Below are positions 15,853-30,322 of a stretch of DNA of 63,962 bases, piece after piece. The position numbers and the translations under genes are program-made. The notes below the pieces were generated by a model that was not told the DNA's origin, did not search any database, and was given only the letters and a program-made list of their open reading frames with translations. How positions within the stretch are numbered: the first letter of the stretch is position 1; every line of letters starts with the position of its first letter. Source of the DNA: Octopus bimaculoides (taxonomy: Eukaryota); assembly GCF_001194135.2 (NCBI RefSeq), contig NC_068981.1:8230172-8294133 (forward strand), read 5' to 3'.

Positions 15853-17044
15853 NNNNNNNNNNNNNNNNNNNNNNNNNNNNNNNNNNNNNNNNNNNNNNNN
15901 NNNNNNNNNNNNNNNNNNNNNNNNNNNNNNNNNNNNNNNNNNNNNNNNNNNNNNNNNNNNNNNNNNNNNNNNNNNNNNNNNNNNNNNNNNNNNNNNNNNN
16001 NNNNNNNNNNNNNNNNNNNNNNNNNNNNNNNNNNNNNNNNNNNNNNNNNNNNNNNNNNNNNNNNNNNNNNNNNNNNNNNNNNNNNNNNNNNNNNNNNNNN
16101 NNNNNNNNNNNNNNNNNNNNNNNNNNNNNNNNNNNNNNNNNNNNNNNNNNNNNNNNNNNNNNNNNNNNNNNNNNNNNNNNNNNNNNNNNNNNNNNNNNNN
16201 NNNNNNNNNNNNNNNNNNNNNNNNNNNNNNNNNNNNNNNNNNNNNNNNNNNNNNNNNNNNNNNNNNNNNNNNNNNNNNNNNNNNNNNNNNNNNNNNNNNN
16301 NNNNNNNNNNNNNNNNNNNNNNNNNNNNNNNNNNNNNNNNNNNNNGATTTTTGTCTTTCATTCTTTCGGGGATCCATTAAATAAGTACCAGTTGAGTGCT
16401 GGGGTCGACGTAATTGACTTATCCTCCTCCCCCGAAATTGCTGGCCTTGTGCCAAAATTTGAAATTATTATTTTAACAAACACACACAAAAGCAAGCACA
16501 TCCACTCCCACACAAAGAAATACATACGTCACATGAAATACACACAAGTATCAATTCCCATCTTTTTTACAGAAATAAAAGCCATGCAATCTTGTTACCT
16601 ACTTAACTGTTCTTTCATCTTCCATCACCTTTATTTTTTAAACTTATTTGCAAATTCTTTCACATCATTGTTTCTCTAGTCACCATTCCTTTACCAAAAT
16701 TCACCTTCATTTATCTGACCTTTCGTTCTTAATAAACTAAGAGATTCTTTTTTATTTAGAATTTAAACCACAGTTACAGTTCAAGAACTGCTTCCTAATA
16801 ATAAAGCTTTCCATTTTATCTTATATAAACACAAAACGGGAAATTCTTTATCACTGGTTGAATAAGCCATCAAGCAAAACTAGAAGTCCCGGACAAAATC
16901 AATTTTATAATAAAATCTCTCTGCTCTTAGAATTGAATCTCACGTCAGCAAATATTCTGTTTATTATTCTAAATATTTTAAACAATAACACAAATTTAAC
17001 ACAATATTTACAAGTTATTCTTCATTGTTTTCTGTAATGTGCGT

Positions 17045-17430
17045 GGGTCGACTTAATCGTCAATGTTCACAGATCTGGAGAGTTTGGTGCCGAGGAGTGT
17101 GAACTTGTCAACAACTCTCAGAGTTTCTCCTTCGACAGTGATTGTTGGTTCCACATGCGGCTTTTGGGGTGGGGTCAGGCTGGCACATGACCCTTATCTT
17201 CTGAATACTATTAACTGTGAAGCCAAAGTTGTTGCAGGCAGTGGGAAAACAGTTCATGCTCTTCTGCTTCTCGGCCTCTGTGTCAGCGTTGAGTGCACAG
17301 TCATCTGCGAACAAGAAGTCGTTCACCAAGTTCTCTCTTCCACTTTGGTCTTGGCCTGTAGCTTCTGCAAGTTCCACAGTCTACCATCGATCCTGATCTT
17401 GATGATGGTTTCGTCGTCATTCCATTAAAC
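17045..17430 (-). mobile_element. RTE (BovB-like) RT fragment, same family as 10617-11450
   Basis: VNDFLFADDCALNADTEAEKQKSMNCFPTACNNFGFTVN. Confidence 0.88.
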
Positions 17431-18618
17431 TCTACAGACCTTTCACCAGTGCTTTGCAATTTTTAAAACTTTAAACTTTTCCGTTTTTTCACAGAACTCC
17501 TATATTCTCTCTCTTTTTCATATTTTAGTTTTTAAGCCTTCTTCCTCGTTTGAATGTTTCATATTCTTATGTAATTTTATTATACCCGTCCACACACGCA
17601 CCTATCACACCTTCCACATTCCTCTTAGCATCCCCTGTGCTTCATCAATACCTTTGTACCCTCGCACCCGCTGTCATCTCACCTACACTCTCTCTTACCG
17701 CTCCCCAAACGGTTACACACACCAACACCCGACACAACCACCAACCTACGTCACTATATTTCCACACATGCGAACCCTCTCCAAACACAACTCGCTCTTA
17801 TGCCCGCTTCCAGACTCGGATACACACTTATACTTCCCATGTATACACCCGCTCCTTCCCCCCTTCTTCAAGCCCCCAATCATAGAACAGAATTCGCACC
17901 TAGCTTTTAACCCTTTGCCCGCTTTCTTCTTCTCTCATTCACTATTTTTCTTTCCCACTTTTCAATGTTTCAATCCATTCATCTGATGAAGGGCGAACAT
18001 CCGAAATGTTAAGCCACGATCGCTCCCCTTCAAAGTGTTAATCTAATACGTTATTTGTTAAATTTTGCTCTTCCTAAGTTGTGTCTTTTTGTTGTTCATT
18101 CTATTTATACTGTATTCATACACACACATACATACATACATACATACAAACATACAAACATACATACATACATACACACATACATACATACATATACGCA
18201 TACACGTTTTCATAAACATTACTTTGAGAAAGGGCTCAGCGATGACATGTCTCATTTTGATCATTCGTGTATCTCGATGTCGAAGCGACGGTTGCCATGG
18301 TAACGTTTGTTAATGCGACACACACTCCGCACTGCAAACAACGGCAAAAGCATGGAGGTCCTTTGCGGTGTGGGTCTCATGGAATACTTTTGAATTACAC
18401 ATTCGTGTGTATGTGTATGTATGTACATGTATCCATGTATGTGTACATATGCGGATGGATAGACAGACAGACAGACAGACAGACAGATAGATAAACAGAT
18501 AGACAGAAAGACAGACAGACAGACAAACAGGCAGACAGGCAGACAGGCAGATAGATAGATAGACAGATAGACAGACAAATAGACAGACAGACAGGCAGAC
18601 AGACAGACAGACAGATAT

Positions 18619-18663
<45 letters not shown>

Positions 18664-18918
18664 NNNNNNNNNNNNNNNNNNNNNNNNNNNNNNNNNNNNN
18701 NNNNNNNNNNNNNNNNNNNNNNNNNNNNNNNNNNNNNNNNNNNNNNNNNNNNNNNNNNNNNNNNNNNNNNNNNNNNNNNNNNNNNNNNNNNNNNNNNNNN
18801 NNNNNNNNNNNNNNNNNNNNNNNNNNNNNNNNNNNNNNNNNNNNNNNNNNNNNNNNNNNNNNNNNNNNNNNNNNNNNNNNNNNNNNNNNNNNNNNNNNNN
18901 NNNNNNNNNNNAGATAGA

Positions 18919-19018
<100 letters not shown>

Positions 19019-19092
19019 TACATACATACATACATACATACAGAAAGAAAGAAAGAAAATAGTTTTAAAGATGTGTATTTGTATGTTTGCAA

Positions 19093-19133
<41 letters not shown>

Positions 19134-19934
19134 CGTGTTTGTGTGTATATATACATACACACACACGTATGTATATGTTTGGAATACTTAAAATATCAGA
19201 TATTATTTGTGTGTATGTGTGTATCTATATGCGAATGTATATGTGCATGTGTATATGCATTTGTATATTCTTGTTTGTGCGCGCGCGAGTGCATGTGTGT
19301 GTATGTATGCACAGACAAACACACAATTATTGGTTATTGACAACATACCCACATGCACGTATATGTTCAAACATATACACGCGCGCACACACATACACAC
19401 ACACGCACGCATATCGCCTCCACCCAATCGTTCCTCCACCTCCCATCCCCCTGCAGATCTTCTTCTTTTACTGTTTGTCGACCGACTCCATCTCCATTTT
19501 CAATCAGTTTTCATGATTTTGTTGCCGTCGGTGAAATGAATATCCATATCAATATTCAACGAGTATATTATTGCTGCTACCCGCGATCAATTTCAAAGAT
19601 CTTCATATTAATGAATAACGATTCTTCAAATAGATATACGGCTTTAGGTAAGCAGAGTTGAGTTTCTTGCCCAAGGAAACAACATCTGCAATTGAAAAAT
19701 CGGATCTTATTGAAACGTGTCTCAAAGTAAATCTCTTGCGATATTACATATGTGAAACAAGTGGATATATAGACATTGATATATATATATATANNNNNNN
19801 NNNNNNNNNNNNNNNNNNNNNNNNNNNNNNNNNNNNNNNNNNNNNNNNNNNNNNCGTGTCTATGTGTGTGTGTAAATGTAGATGCATAAATACGCATTGC
19901 ATTTGTGTGTCCACGCATATATATATATATACAC

Positions 19935-19965
<31 letters not shown>

Positions 19966-22529
19966 AAGAAAAATGGACAGACAGACAGATAGATGCAAAT
20001 GAGTTTATTTCTTACTGTCAGCGTCTTTAAGAGAAAGACAAAGTAGAAAAAACACGGAAAGAATATAATCACCATTTCCCATTTAGGCTCACCACCACCA
20101 CCACCCAACCATCCCACCATATCCCTCCCCTACCCCTATAATATTACCGATATTCTTCAGTTTTACAAGGAAACATGAGAAGTGAGAATACAGATTCTCC
20201 GAGATGGTTTCTTCCACGGAAATTCATCATACACAGAAAGCTACATTGCAAAGAAGTTAATATCCATTGTGTGTGTGTGTGTGTGTGTGTGTGCTTATGG
20301 GATTAACAAAGTAGAACTTAACGATGAGTATAACACACTCAGCTCTTCAAACAATGCAGCAGATTTGGAATGGTGTTGTAGCGGATCCAAAACTGAAAGG
20401 CTGGGTTGCCGAGTAAATAAATATCACGGCCAAGCCATAGTAGTTTCACGTTATCAGCCGATTAACCGACCAATCAATGTCAAGCACTCCCGTGATTCGA
20501 CCTTCTAGAACGTTCTCTTTGAGGCCAATATAAAAGTACTTATTGACCGTAATGCTTTTTGACAGAATGTTGAGGCAGTCGCTCGACATTTCTATTCTCA
20601 TCATCACGTCCAGCTGATGGCAGAAAGTAGAGGAATTTTCGCCGCCACGAATACAGCGCGATTATTTTCCAGTTGTGATAGGCCGGCCACAAATAGTTAT
20701 ATCAGTTAATTGTCGTAGATCCCAGTAATAACAGTCTCTTCCGGTATGTAATTATTGTTGTTAGTTTTTGTCAAAAGACCAACACAGAAACACTATGTGC
20801 AGTAAATAAATCTTCTGGTAATTGCTCACGAGTGTTGTTAGTTATTTCTACACTCAGCTACCACGACTACCACAACAACAACACTCACAACAGTGTCTTT
20901 ACATGAGTCACGTCTCTGCTCAAACATATTCTAGTCTTTCATTACAGAATTGGCTGTAAGAATGTCGCAGTTGTTCTGATTTACAGCCAATTTTTCTCAG
21001 TTATTCAGGTTTATCTGTAGTTTTTGCCTTTTTTAGGTTGTGGTTAATGCTGTTCTTGTATCTTTTTTGAGGAGTCATTTGTCGACGATTTCCAATTCGC
21101 CGTTAAAAGACTTGTTTCGAGAGTGGTTTATTGCTGATCGACAAAACATTCCCATTAAACTCCAACAGTGATGATCTATGATTTAACGATGAACCAGTCA
21201 GCTCCTCGGAGTACCTCAGTGCCTGTTATTAGAGTCTATCACTAGGTACTGAGTGTGTACTCCTGGTGGCATCACTCAAATATGTAGAGGTGTTGATTAT
21301 AGGTTCTTCACGATTAAGTCGAATACAAAAGGGTCGTCAGGGCCCAAGTCCATCATAGACAAAGCCTTTAACTGGAATGGTAATGCCATGATCTAAGCGA
21401 ACCCTAGTTTCTTACTTGCCAAAGGCCTTACATACTTCTTGGATTTGAGAATGAATTTCAGCATCCAGAAATCCAACTGTTGCAAGGGTACTTCAGTAAT
21501 ATAACAAGGTACCCCCAACTTCTAATTTGGTACTCGAGTGAACGTTACTTTTGTTTTATTCTGATGGTCAATTTTTCTGCCATTTAATTCAACGCTGCTT
21601 CGTGCGACATTATTTAATTCTAGCTTGAATAAAATTTACGCACACTAGTAAACGTAACGGATGTTGTTTTAATAAGAACAAGAGCATTCAGAAAGCGCAA
21701 ACCTCCGCCAAGGCAACACAAACGTCATCTCAACGATTGGCCGAAGATGATTTTTAAAATGAGAATATCTGAAATAAACTCGACTGCTCTCACAAACGAG
21801 AATACTAAAAATGAACGCATCCGCTCTCAAAAATTAAGTAAAAGAAAAACGGAAAAATAATCCAGAATCCTTGTCCGGTACCGGATCGATCCCAATGGTA
21901 GTTATGGAATGTGAAGGTGGGTATGCGGACCGTGTTTGTAATGTTGTGTGTGTGTCGTCTGCAGTGGGAGCAGGGACAGTTTTCTCTATGAAGGCCTTTT
22001 TTTTTAGTCTATCCACTGATATAGTGTCTTTACGACCGTTAAGGTCTACAGTGAAAAATTTATCCGTGCGTGAAAGAAAACGGAAAAGACCTGCATTCGG
22101 TGCTGTTAACGGAGGTTTAACAACATCGTTGCACACAAAAACGTGAGTCCAAGAAGTAAAGGTTCCTTCAAGGCAGAGCTAGAAATGCAATCGTCAAGTA
22201 GGTAAGAGGTTTTAAACTGGAACAATATATTCAAAATTGGTAAAACCAAAAATTGTCGAGGAAAAATTAAATTTATTATTGTTACTGAATATGTCAGTGT
22301 TATTTCATTTCTGACCGGTTTTGCAGCCGTTTGTTTATGTAGTTTGATTTCTTTATCTATCAGTTTCTACTAAGANNNNNNNNNNTTTATGTAGTTTGAT
22401 ATCTTTATCTATCAGTTCCTACTAAAATAGAGACGCGAGTAAAATTAACGATAAAGAAACGAAAATAAAACTCTGGAAACAGCAACGCCACCATAACTTA
22501 CGTGGAAACCATGAGCGTGCTTTCAAGGG

Positions 22530-22790
22530 AGATAATCAGAGAAAGATTTGAAAGTGAACGTAAGATCGTAATACGTCATGTAAAGTAAATATAAGAAATA
22601 ATCCAGAATCCTTGTCCGGTACCATATCGATCCCAAAATCTAATCTGTTTGTGCCAGTCACGAGGCCAAACATCCATGAAAGTTGCACCCAAATCCATTC
22701 AGTAGTTCTTAAGATATCTTGTCCACGGACAAACCAACAAACACGACTGAAACCAATACCTCCGCCTTCGCGAAGGCAATAATTTCGTTC
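22530..22790 (-). mobile_element. Helentron/HINE-like non-autonomous DNA element fragment, with a partner fragment at about 21670-21900
   Basis: Shared aataatccagaatccttgtccggtacc...gatcccaa, and acctccgcc(ttcgcg)aagg terminal hairpin motifs; family assignment from recall. Confidence 0.45.
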
Positions 22791-24452
22791 TTGTCGGGCT
22801 GTGAACGATGGATTCGGTGCTCGTGGCCACAGAAACACAAGCGTCTGACGATGTAAGGATGTCATGCAAAGCCCAATACGCGTTTTCACTCATGTCGTCA
22901 AGGAACAGAATTTGCTCCGGGGACTTTATCCGCAGCGGAAGGACATCTCACGTCAAAATGCATTCGAACGTGTTAAATCTCAACACACACACACACACAC
23001 ACATACATACATACATACACACGCACACATACACACACAAACATACATACACACACACATACATACATACACACACATATATACACACACATATACATAC
23101 ACACACATACATACATACGCACATACACATATACACACTCACACATACATACACTCACACACGCACATGCATACACACACACACATACATACACACACAC
23201 ATACGCGCAAGCGTGGGTGTGTGGTAAGAAGCTTGCTTCCCAACCACTTGGTTCCAGGTTCAGTCCTACTAGCTCCTTGGGCAAGTGTCTATTATAGCCT
23301 CAGGCCAACTAAAACCTTGTGAGTGGGTTTGGTAGACGGAAACTGCAAGAAACGCGAATGTGTGTGTGTGTTATCATTTATCACAAGCATCTTTTAGGCT
23401 AATAACAAGGTCAAGTTTACCTGGTCACGCAATCTGCTAGAAATAACAGTCAAATCTCCTTTAAATCACAACCTCCCGTCTTGGAAAAGGATACATTAGA
23501 CCGTATATTCTTACGNNNNNNNNNNNNNNNNNNNNNNNNNNNNNNNNNNNNNNNNNNNNNNNNNNNNNNNNNNNNNNNNNNNNNNNNNNNNNNNNNNNNN
23601 NNNNNNNNNNNNNNNNNNNNNNNNNNNNNNNNNNNNNNNNNNNNNNNNNNNNNNNNNNNNNNNNNNNNNNNNNNNNNNNNNNNNNNNNNNNNNNNNNNNN
23701 NNNNNNNNNNNNNNNNNNNNNNNNNNNNNNNNNNNNNNNNNNNNNNNNNNNNNNNNNNNNNNNNNNNNNNNNNNNNNNNNNNNNNNNNNNNNNNNNNNNN
23801 NNNNNNNNNNNNNNNNNNNNNNNNNNNNNNNNNNNNNNNNNNNNNNNNNNNNNNNNNNNNNNNNNNNNNNNNNNNNNNNNNNNNNNNNNNNNNNNNNNNN
23901 NNNNNNNNNNNNNNNNNNNNNNNNNNNNNNNNNNNNNNNNNNNNNNNNNNNNNNNNNNNNNNNNNNNNNNNNNNNNNNNNNNNNNNNNNNNNNNNNNNNN
24001 NNNNNNNNNNNNNNNNNNNNNNNNNNNNNNNNNNNNNNNNNNNNNNNNNNNNNNNNNNNNNNNNNNNNNNNNNNNNNNNNNNNNNNNNNNNNNNNNNNNN
24101 NNNNNNNNNNNNNNNNNNNNNNNNNNNNNNNNNNNNNNNNNNNNNNNNNNNNNNNNNNNNNNNNNNNNNNNNNNNNNNNNNNNNNNNNNNNNNNNNNNNN
24201 NNNNNNNNNNNNNNNNNNNNNNNNNNNNNNNNNNNNNNNNNNNNNNNNNNNNNNNNNNNNNNNNNNNNNNNNNNNNNNNNNNNNNNNNNNNNNNNNNNNN
24301 NNNNNNNNNNNNNNNNNNNNNNNNNNNNNNNNNNNNNNNNNNNNNNNNNNNNNNNNNNNNNNNNNNNNNNNNNNNNNNNNNNNNNNNNNNNNNNNNNNNN
24401 NNNNNNNNNNNNNNNNNNNNNNNNNNNNNNNNNNNNNNNNNNNNNNNNNATG

Positions 24453-24500
<48 letters not shown>

Positions 24501-25929
24501 AAAGAGTGTGTACTCTTAATGTTCTAAATCATTTCAATTATTCATCGATCGTTTCGATATCCCCATAGGACCTTAGTGGTCGATACTGCTGATCCCTGGT
24601 CTAAATTTTACTCTCTCACTTGTCTTCAAAAATACAGTTCCAACAGGAACAATATTTCTCTGGTTAAGATGCCCTTCGTTTCCGATGCTACTTCTTTACC
24701 TTAGAAGGAACGGTTGGTCTATTACTGGCATTTAGTCACCATTTTTGGAAAAGTTATGTGAACTTTTCACGTTGGGCTGTACAGATCAGAAGGGCTGTAT
24801 GAACGAATCAACGTCGGTGGTCATCAATTGTAAGGAACGACCGTGCGAACTCAAAAAAAGGAGAAATGGTGACGGATGGAAAAACAGAGGACTCCTTTTA
24901 TTTAAACGTGTCACACGGTCGAACACAAAAATAATATATCAAATGATGATATACAGAATATGTTATACTACGATAACATATGTGAATTCGTAAATACCAG
25001 TAATGANNNNNNNNNNNNNNNNNNNNNNNNNNNNNNNNNNNNNNNNNNNNNNNNNNNNNNNNNNNNNNNNNNNNNNNNNNNNNNNNNNNNNNNNNNNNNN
25101 NNNNNNTAAGTATCAGTTACGCACTGGCGTCGATGTAATCGACTTAATCCTTTATCTTAATCCTTGTTTGTCCCCTCTGTTTAGCCCCCTGTGGGCAATA
25201 AAGAAATAAATATAACTCCGCATTCTACACCTGGAATAACTTTTTTATTTAACCGGATGTAGGCTTGACTGAATTGGTAAGATGTCTACTGTTTAGGTTC
25301 GATCCAACAACTTGACGTTTGAGAAGTGTGTGTGTGTTTTATCTTTTTATTTTACTATGCTTTCGCATGAAGCGATGCTTTATCAGTGAAACAGGAGGAG
25401 TCGAATGAATAATAGCCATAATTAACAGGTCTGGCCTCGCATTTAGTCACATGTTGTATTGCGTTCGGTCTCATAATTATGTCACCTGACCGTGACTGTG
25501 GAATACTCAGCAACTTATGCTTTAATTTAACGCATGTTTATTTCCAGTTGATTGGAGAAATGAATCGGCGTTTAATAAATTTATAGCTGTAAATTTCACC
25601 TGCATACGCACAAAAACACACACACGCTCATACATACACACACACACACACACACACTCATACATACATATACACACACTCACACCCATGCTCACACACT
25701 CACACACATGCACACACACCTACACACACACAGATACACACATACACAGATACATACATGCACACATACACACATACATACATACATACGTACGTACATA
25801 CATACGTACATACATACATACATACGTACATACATACATACTTTTCGGACAAAACCCTATGTAACCTTCGTCCTGTCTTTGTCCTTACATGGTTTTGATT
25901 GATATTAGCCCTTGTGACCAATAAAATGA

Positions 25930-25984
<55 letters not shown>

Positions 25985-26013
25985 TAGTTTTATTTTTATA
26001 ACGTGCTTTCACT

Positions 26014-26048
<35 letters not shown>

Positions 26049-26237
26049 GATGAACCTGAAATTTAAAAAAAAAAAAGATTACTAATTCTGTGTTCACACA
26101 TTATTTGTAATATTAATTTCGATCTCAACCTGTTGCACAATAATAGTTCAAAGTCGAAACAAGTAAGATAACTCTGTATCCAGACTTTACTTGATTACGG
26201 TACTTTTTTCACCCTACACCGTCTCCATTACTCCACG

Positions 26238-26256
26238 ATGCCGAGCAATTTTGCGA
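26238..26256 (+). CDS. GNL3: GNL3 coding exon 1 (MPSNFA + first base of K)
   Basis: ATG at 26238, phase-1 donor A|gtcagt and a 90-nt AT-rich intron supply the single base needed by exon 2. A start further upstream cannot be excluded. Confidence 0.7.
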
Positions 26257-29200
26257 GTCAGTATTTTGTCGTTTTTTTTAATTAATTTTCTTTATTCTAC
26301 GAAATATTTTGTGATATTAATTAATTGTAAATATTTTGTGTTTCAGAAAAGCAAAGTAAGCGAATGAAAGCGAGACTTCGCTATAAAATCACTAAAAAGG
26401 TAAGAATCGTTGCTCTTCCATCTCTGATCCACGTGTTTTTCAATAATTCTTCTGGCTTTTAATTATTAAAAATAATGATTTGCAGAAATAATCAGTGAAG
26501 AATTTATAACATTTTTTTCTCTGTTTTAAAGGTGACTTGTTTATTTTTTATTATTCAAATATATTTGGCAGAATCTCAGTTTTTACGACACTGGAAATAT
26601 GTTATATTGTTTGGGAGCCACTATATAATCATTCAACCTACTAGAAATAGCAGCCAAAGCTTCCTTAACTTGCACTCTGTCCAAATATTTTTGGAAATAC
26701 GACATGGTCATGGCTGGAATGTATCTGATCAAGAAATCTCACATCAGCATGAGACAAATAGGAAACCCTTACGCGGTTGTCGACTTGCTAGAAATAGCAA
26801 CCAAATCTCCTCCTCTATTTTAGACGCCTACTCTCTTGACCTGGGACTAAACCATAATAACAACTTCACTTTAAGTCACGCCACTTCCGTTGATGTTGTT
26901 TAACCCTCGGTCTGCCCCCATCCAACACACACCGTTTGTTTGTTCACTTAACGATGATATTGTTTAGCTTTAAGTCAGCATTGATGCCGAAGACCTCATG
27001 ATCAAAAGAATCCAAGCCACAGCCATCCCGTCTTTTATTTATTTATCAAGGAATAAAATAGTGTACCATGGAGTATATATATTTTAAGCGGTAGGGTATG
27101 GTTTGAGGGAGAAATAGCTGCTATTTCTAGTGGCTTTCTTTTGGGGTTTCTTCACTGGCTTGATATAATCAGTTCAGTTTTGTATTTAAGAGATGAGGAA
27201 TTATGTCCATTATTTACATTTGACGGGTATTTGTCCTCATCAACGTTTCGGCTGATAAACCCTCCAGCCTTCATCAGGTGTCTTGGGGAAATTTCGAACC
27301 TCGGTTCTCATTCCTGGACGTATTAATAACACGCACCAAGTATGGATTCAGGACATCCGTATACCGCAAGCAGACCTTCATTGGCAGAAATTCCCACCAT
27401 CCATACAGTGTAAAGAGAGGGATTGCTCAGTGCCGAAACATCGAGCAAAGAATATAAGCAGTGATCGTGATACCCACCACGAAGAAATGATCAAGCTCAG
27501 TAACAATCTATTAAGCAACAACTACCCCAAGAACATANNNNNNNNNNNNNNNNNNNNNNNNNNNNNNNNNNNNNNNNNNNNNNNNNNNNNNNNNNNNNNN
27601 NNNNNNNNNNNNNNNNNNNNNNNNNNNNNNNNNNNNNNNNNNNNNNNNNNNNNNNNNNNNNNNNNNNNNNNNNNNNNNNNNNNNNNNNNNNNNNNNNNNN
27701 NNNNNNNNNNNNNNNNNNNNNNNNNNNNNNNNNNNNNNNNNNNNNNNNNNNNNNNNNNNNNNNATATCTCCTTTGGGTAAAGCCACCAATAGAAGAGAAT
27801 ATGACCAAAAATTGCGTGTACTCCATCCCATGCAACTGTGGTAGGTTATACAAAAGCGAAACATGCCCTCTCCCTCAAAATAAGGGTAGAGGAACATCAC
27901 ATTCAACTAAAAACCATTCAAGGCAGTGCCCCAGCTTGGCCACAGTCTAATGGTTGAAACAAGTGGGATTTGAGAGGTCATGTTGTCATTAATTCCATAG
28001 TGAGTCCCTTCAATAAAAAAATAAAAAAAGTCACCTTAGTCTTCATTTCTAGCGTTGTTGAGTTGTGGTCAGTCAAAAATAAATATGACCAACATTGAGT
28101 TATTTGTAGCTTCAACCCAGGTCAGCTTTGATTGAATGGAGCCACAGTCAGAGGCATTCGTACCTTGACCGTTCTGTCTTTTTGTTCATTAAGGACTACA
28201 TTATCTAGTGTAGATTACTGTTTTAAGACAGTAAGTGTTATTTAAAGGAGATTCAACTGCCATTTCTAGTAGGTCAAACAACCACAGAATCCCTGGTTTA
28301 CACAAGAGTAGTGGCTTTGCTGTGTATTTAAAGAAAATAATTCTTCATAGTTCTCAAATCTTTGACAATAATTGTAGCAAAATTGTTTTTATTCCATTCT
28401 TTGTACAATATTTCTTTTATAGATCAAAGAATGGAAACTAGGCTTTTGTGAAAGTCATTGTTAAGAGCAGGAACAACCTAGGATGTTCCCCACCCTCCTC
28501 GTATAACACTGTTCGTAAACAGAGGAGAGAGACCTGTACAGATTGCTAATTTAATACTTAACATTGTGCAACTTTTTGCTTTTGTGTGAAAAGCACCATT
28601 CGAGTGTGGACAATGCCAGTGTCGCCTGACTGGCCCTCGTGCTGGTGACAAGTAAAAAGCACCCACTACACTCAGAGTGGTTGGCATTAGGAAGGGCATC
28701 CGGTTGTAGAAACCTTGCCAGATCAGACTGGAGCCTGGTGCAACCTCCTGGTTTACCAGTCCTCAGTCAAACCATCCAACCCATGCCAGGATGGAAAGCA
28801 GACATTAAACGATGATGATGTGTGCAGTTAGATGTATGACAACTCCTGAATGAATCAAAGCTCCCACATAGATTATCATTATCCAGTCAGCTTCCAATAG
28901 AGTGTTTAGCTGACCATTGTACCTAGCAGTGTTACTAGTTATTATATACAGGAGCATTCGTAGTGGAAATTAAAATGTTGAAACTCTATAACAGAATACA
29001 TTGAAGTATTTCTTTGATGACCCCTTGCAGTTAGGCATCCAATGCTGAGTTCTAAAATGCATTAACCCTTTCATTACCAACCCAGCTGGCACCGGCTCTG
29101 GTTCTGAGTACAAATGACTTGTTTTCATAAGTTCTGAATTAAATTCTTCCACCAAACCTTAGTCACAATTTAAGTTTCTAACACTAGTTTAATGATAACC

Positions 29201-30288
29201 AAGTTATTTTATTAACTTCTTTGTTATATTTAAAATTAATTAAAAGAAACACAGAGCATTTCAACAGAAATACAGTAACAAAAGGGTTAAAGTGGTTCCT
29301 TGATGATCCCTTGCAGTTTAGGCATCCAATGCTGAGTTCCAAAGAACTGCAATGGTGAAACATGAAAGAACTAATAATTTAAGCTTGGATTTCTTTCAAT
29401 TTTCTCACACGTTTTATATATAGGGTGCTGGGAATAAACTGTCGTCTAAATTAGGCAAAAATGAACATAACACTGACGTCTCGTTTTAACAGATATATTT
29501 ACCAAAATTACATAAAAATAGTTTGAAATACTAAAGAGTAAATTTATTCAATAAAATCACCATTGACTTCAAAAACAGCCTCCAGACAACTTCAAATCAC
29601 CTGCAACTCTTCTGGAGGGTCTCCTTGTTTAAGTTGGGGAATGCTGCCATAATCATTGCCTTTAGTTCATCTTTGGTGTTACAAGGAGTTTTGTTGGTCT
29701 CTCACTCAACTGTGCCCCTCACGTAATAATCAAGGGGGTTGCAGTCTGGGGAGTTAAGTGGCCAGATGTTAGGGGTGATGTGGTCGCATAAATTATCTCA
29801 CAGCCATGACTGGATTCTCCTACTTGTGTGGCATGGTGCAGAGTCCTGTTGCCAGACATAGGGTCTTCCAGCAGCCACCATTTTGACCCAGTGTAGCACT
29901 ACCTCCTCCAGGCATTTGTTGTAGGCTTCCGTGTTGAGTCTGAGATGAATGAAGGTACAACATCACCATCACTGGTGATCACTCCAAGCACTATGATGTT
30001 GACTGGATGTTTGATTTTTATCACTCTTGGTACATGTCCTCAGATTCATACCCAAACACTCTGAAATGTTTGCACTGGAGTTTTTGGCACGAATGCCAAG
30101 CAATACGGCATGTCGTTTCCAAATTTCTAGCAGAGTGAATTGCATCATGGTGCTGTTTTTCTCACAGACGGTGCCCGACTGACCCTACTGTACTGTGCAG
30201 TCAACAAAATCAAAAACAAATGATGCACATGTGCAAAATTAAAAATATAAAATGGCGACAATTTACCCATTACACCCTGTATGTGTGT

Positions 30289-30322
<34 letters not shown>

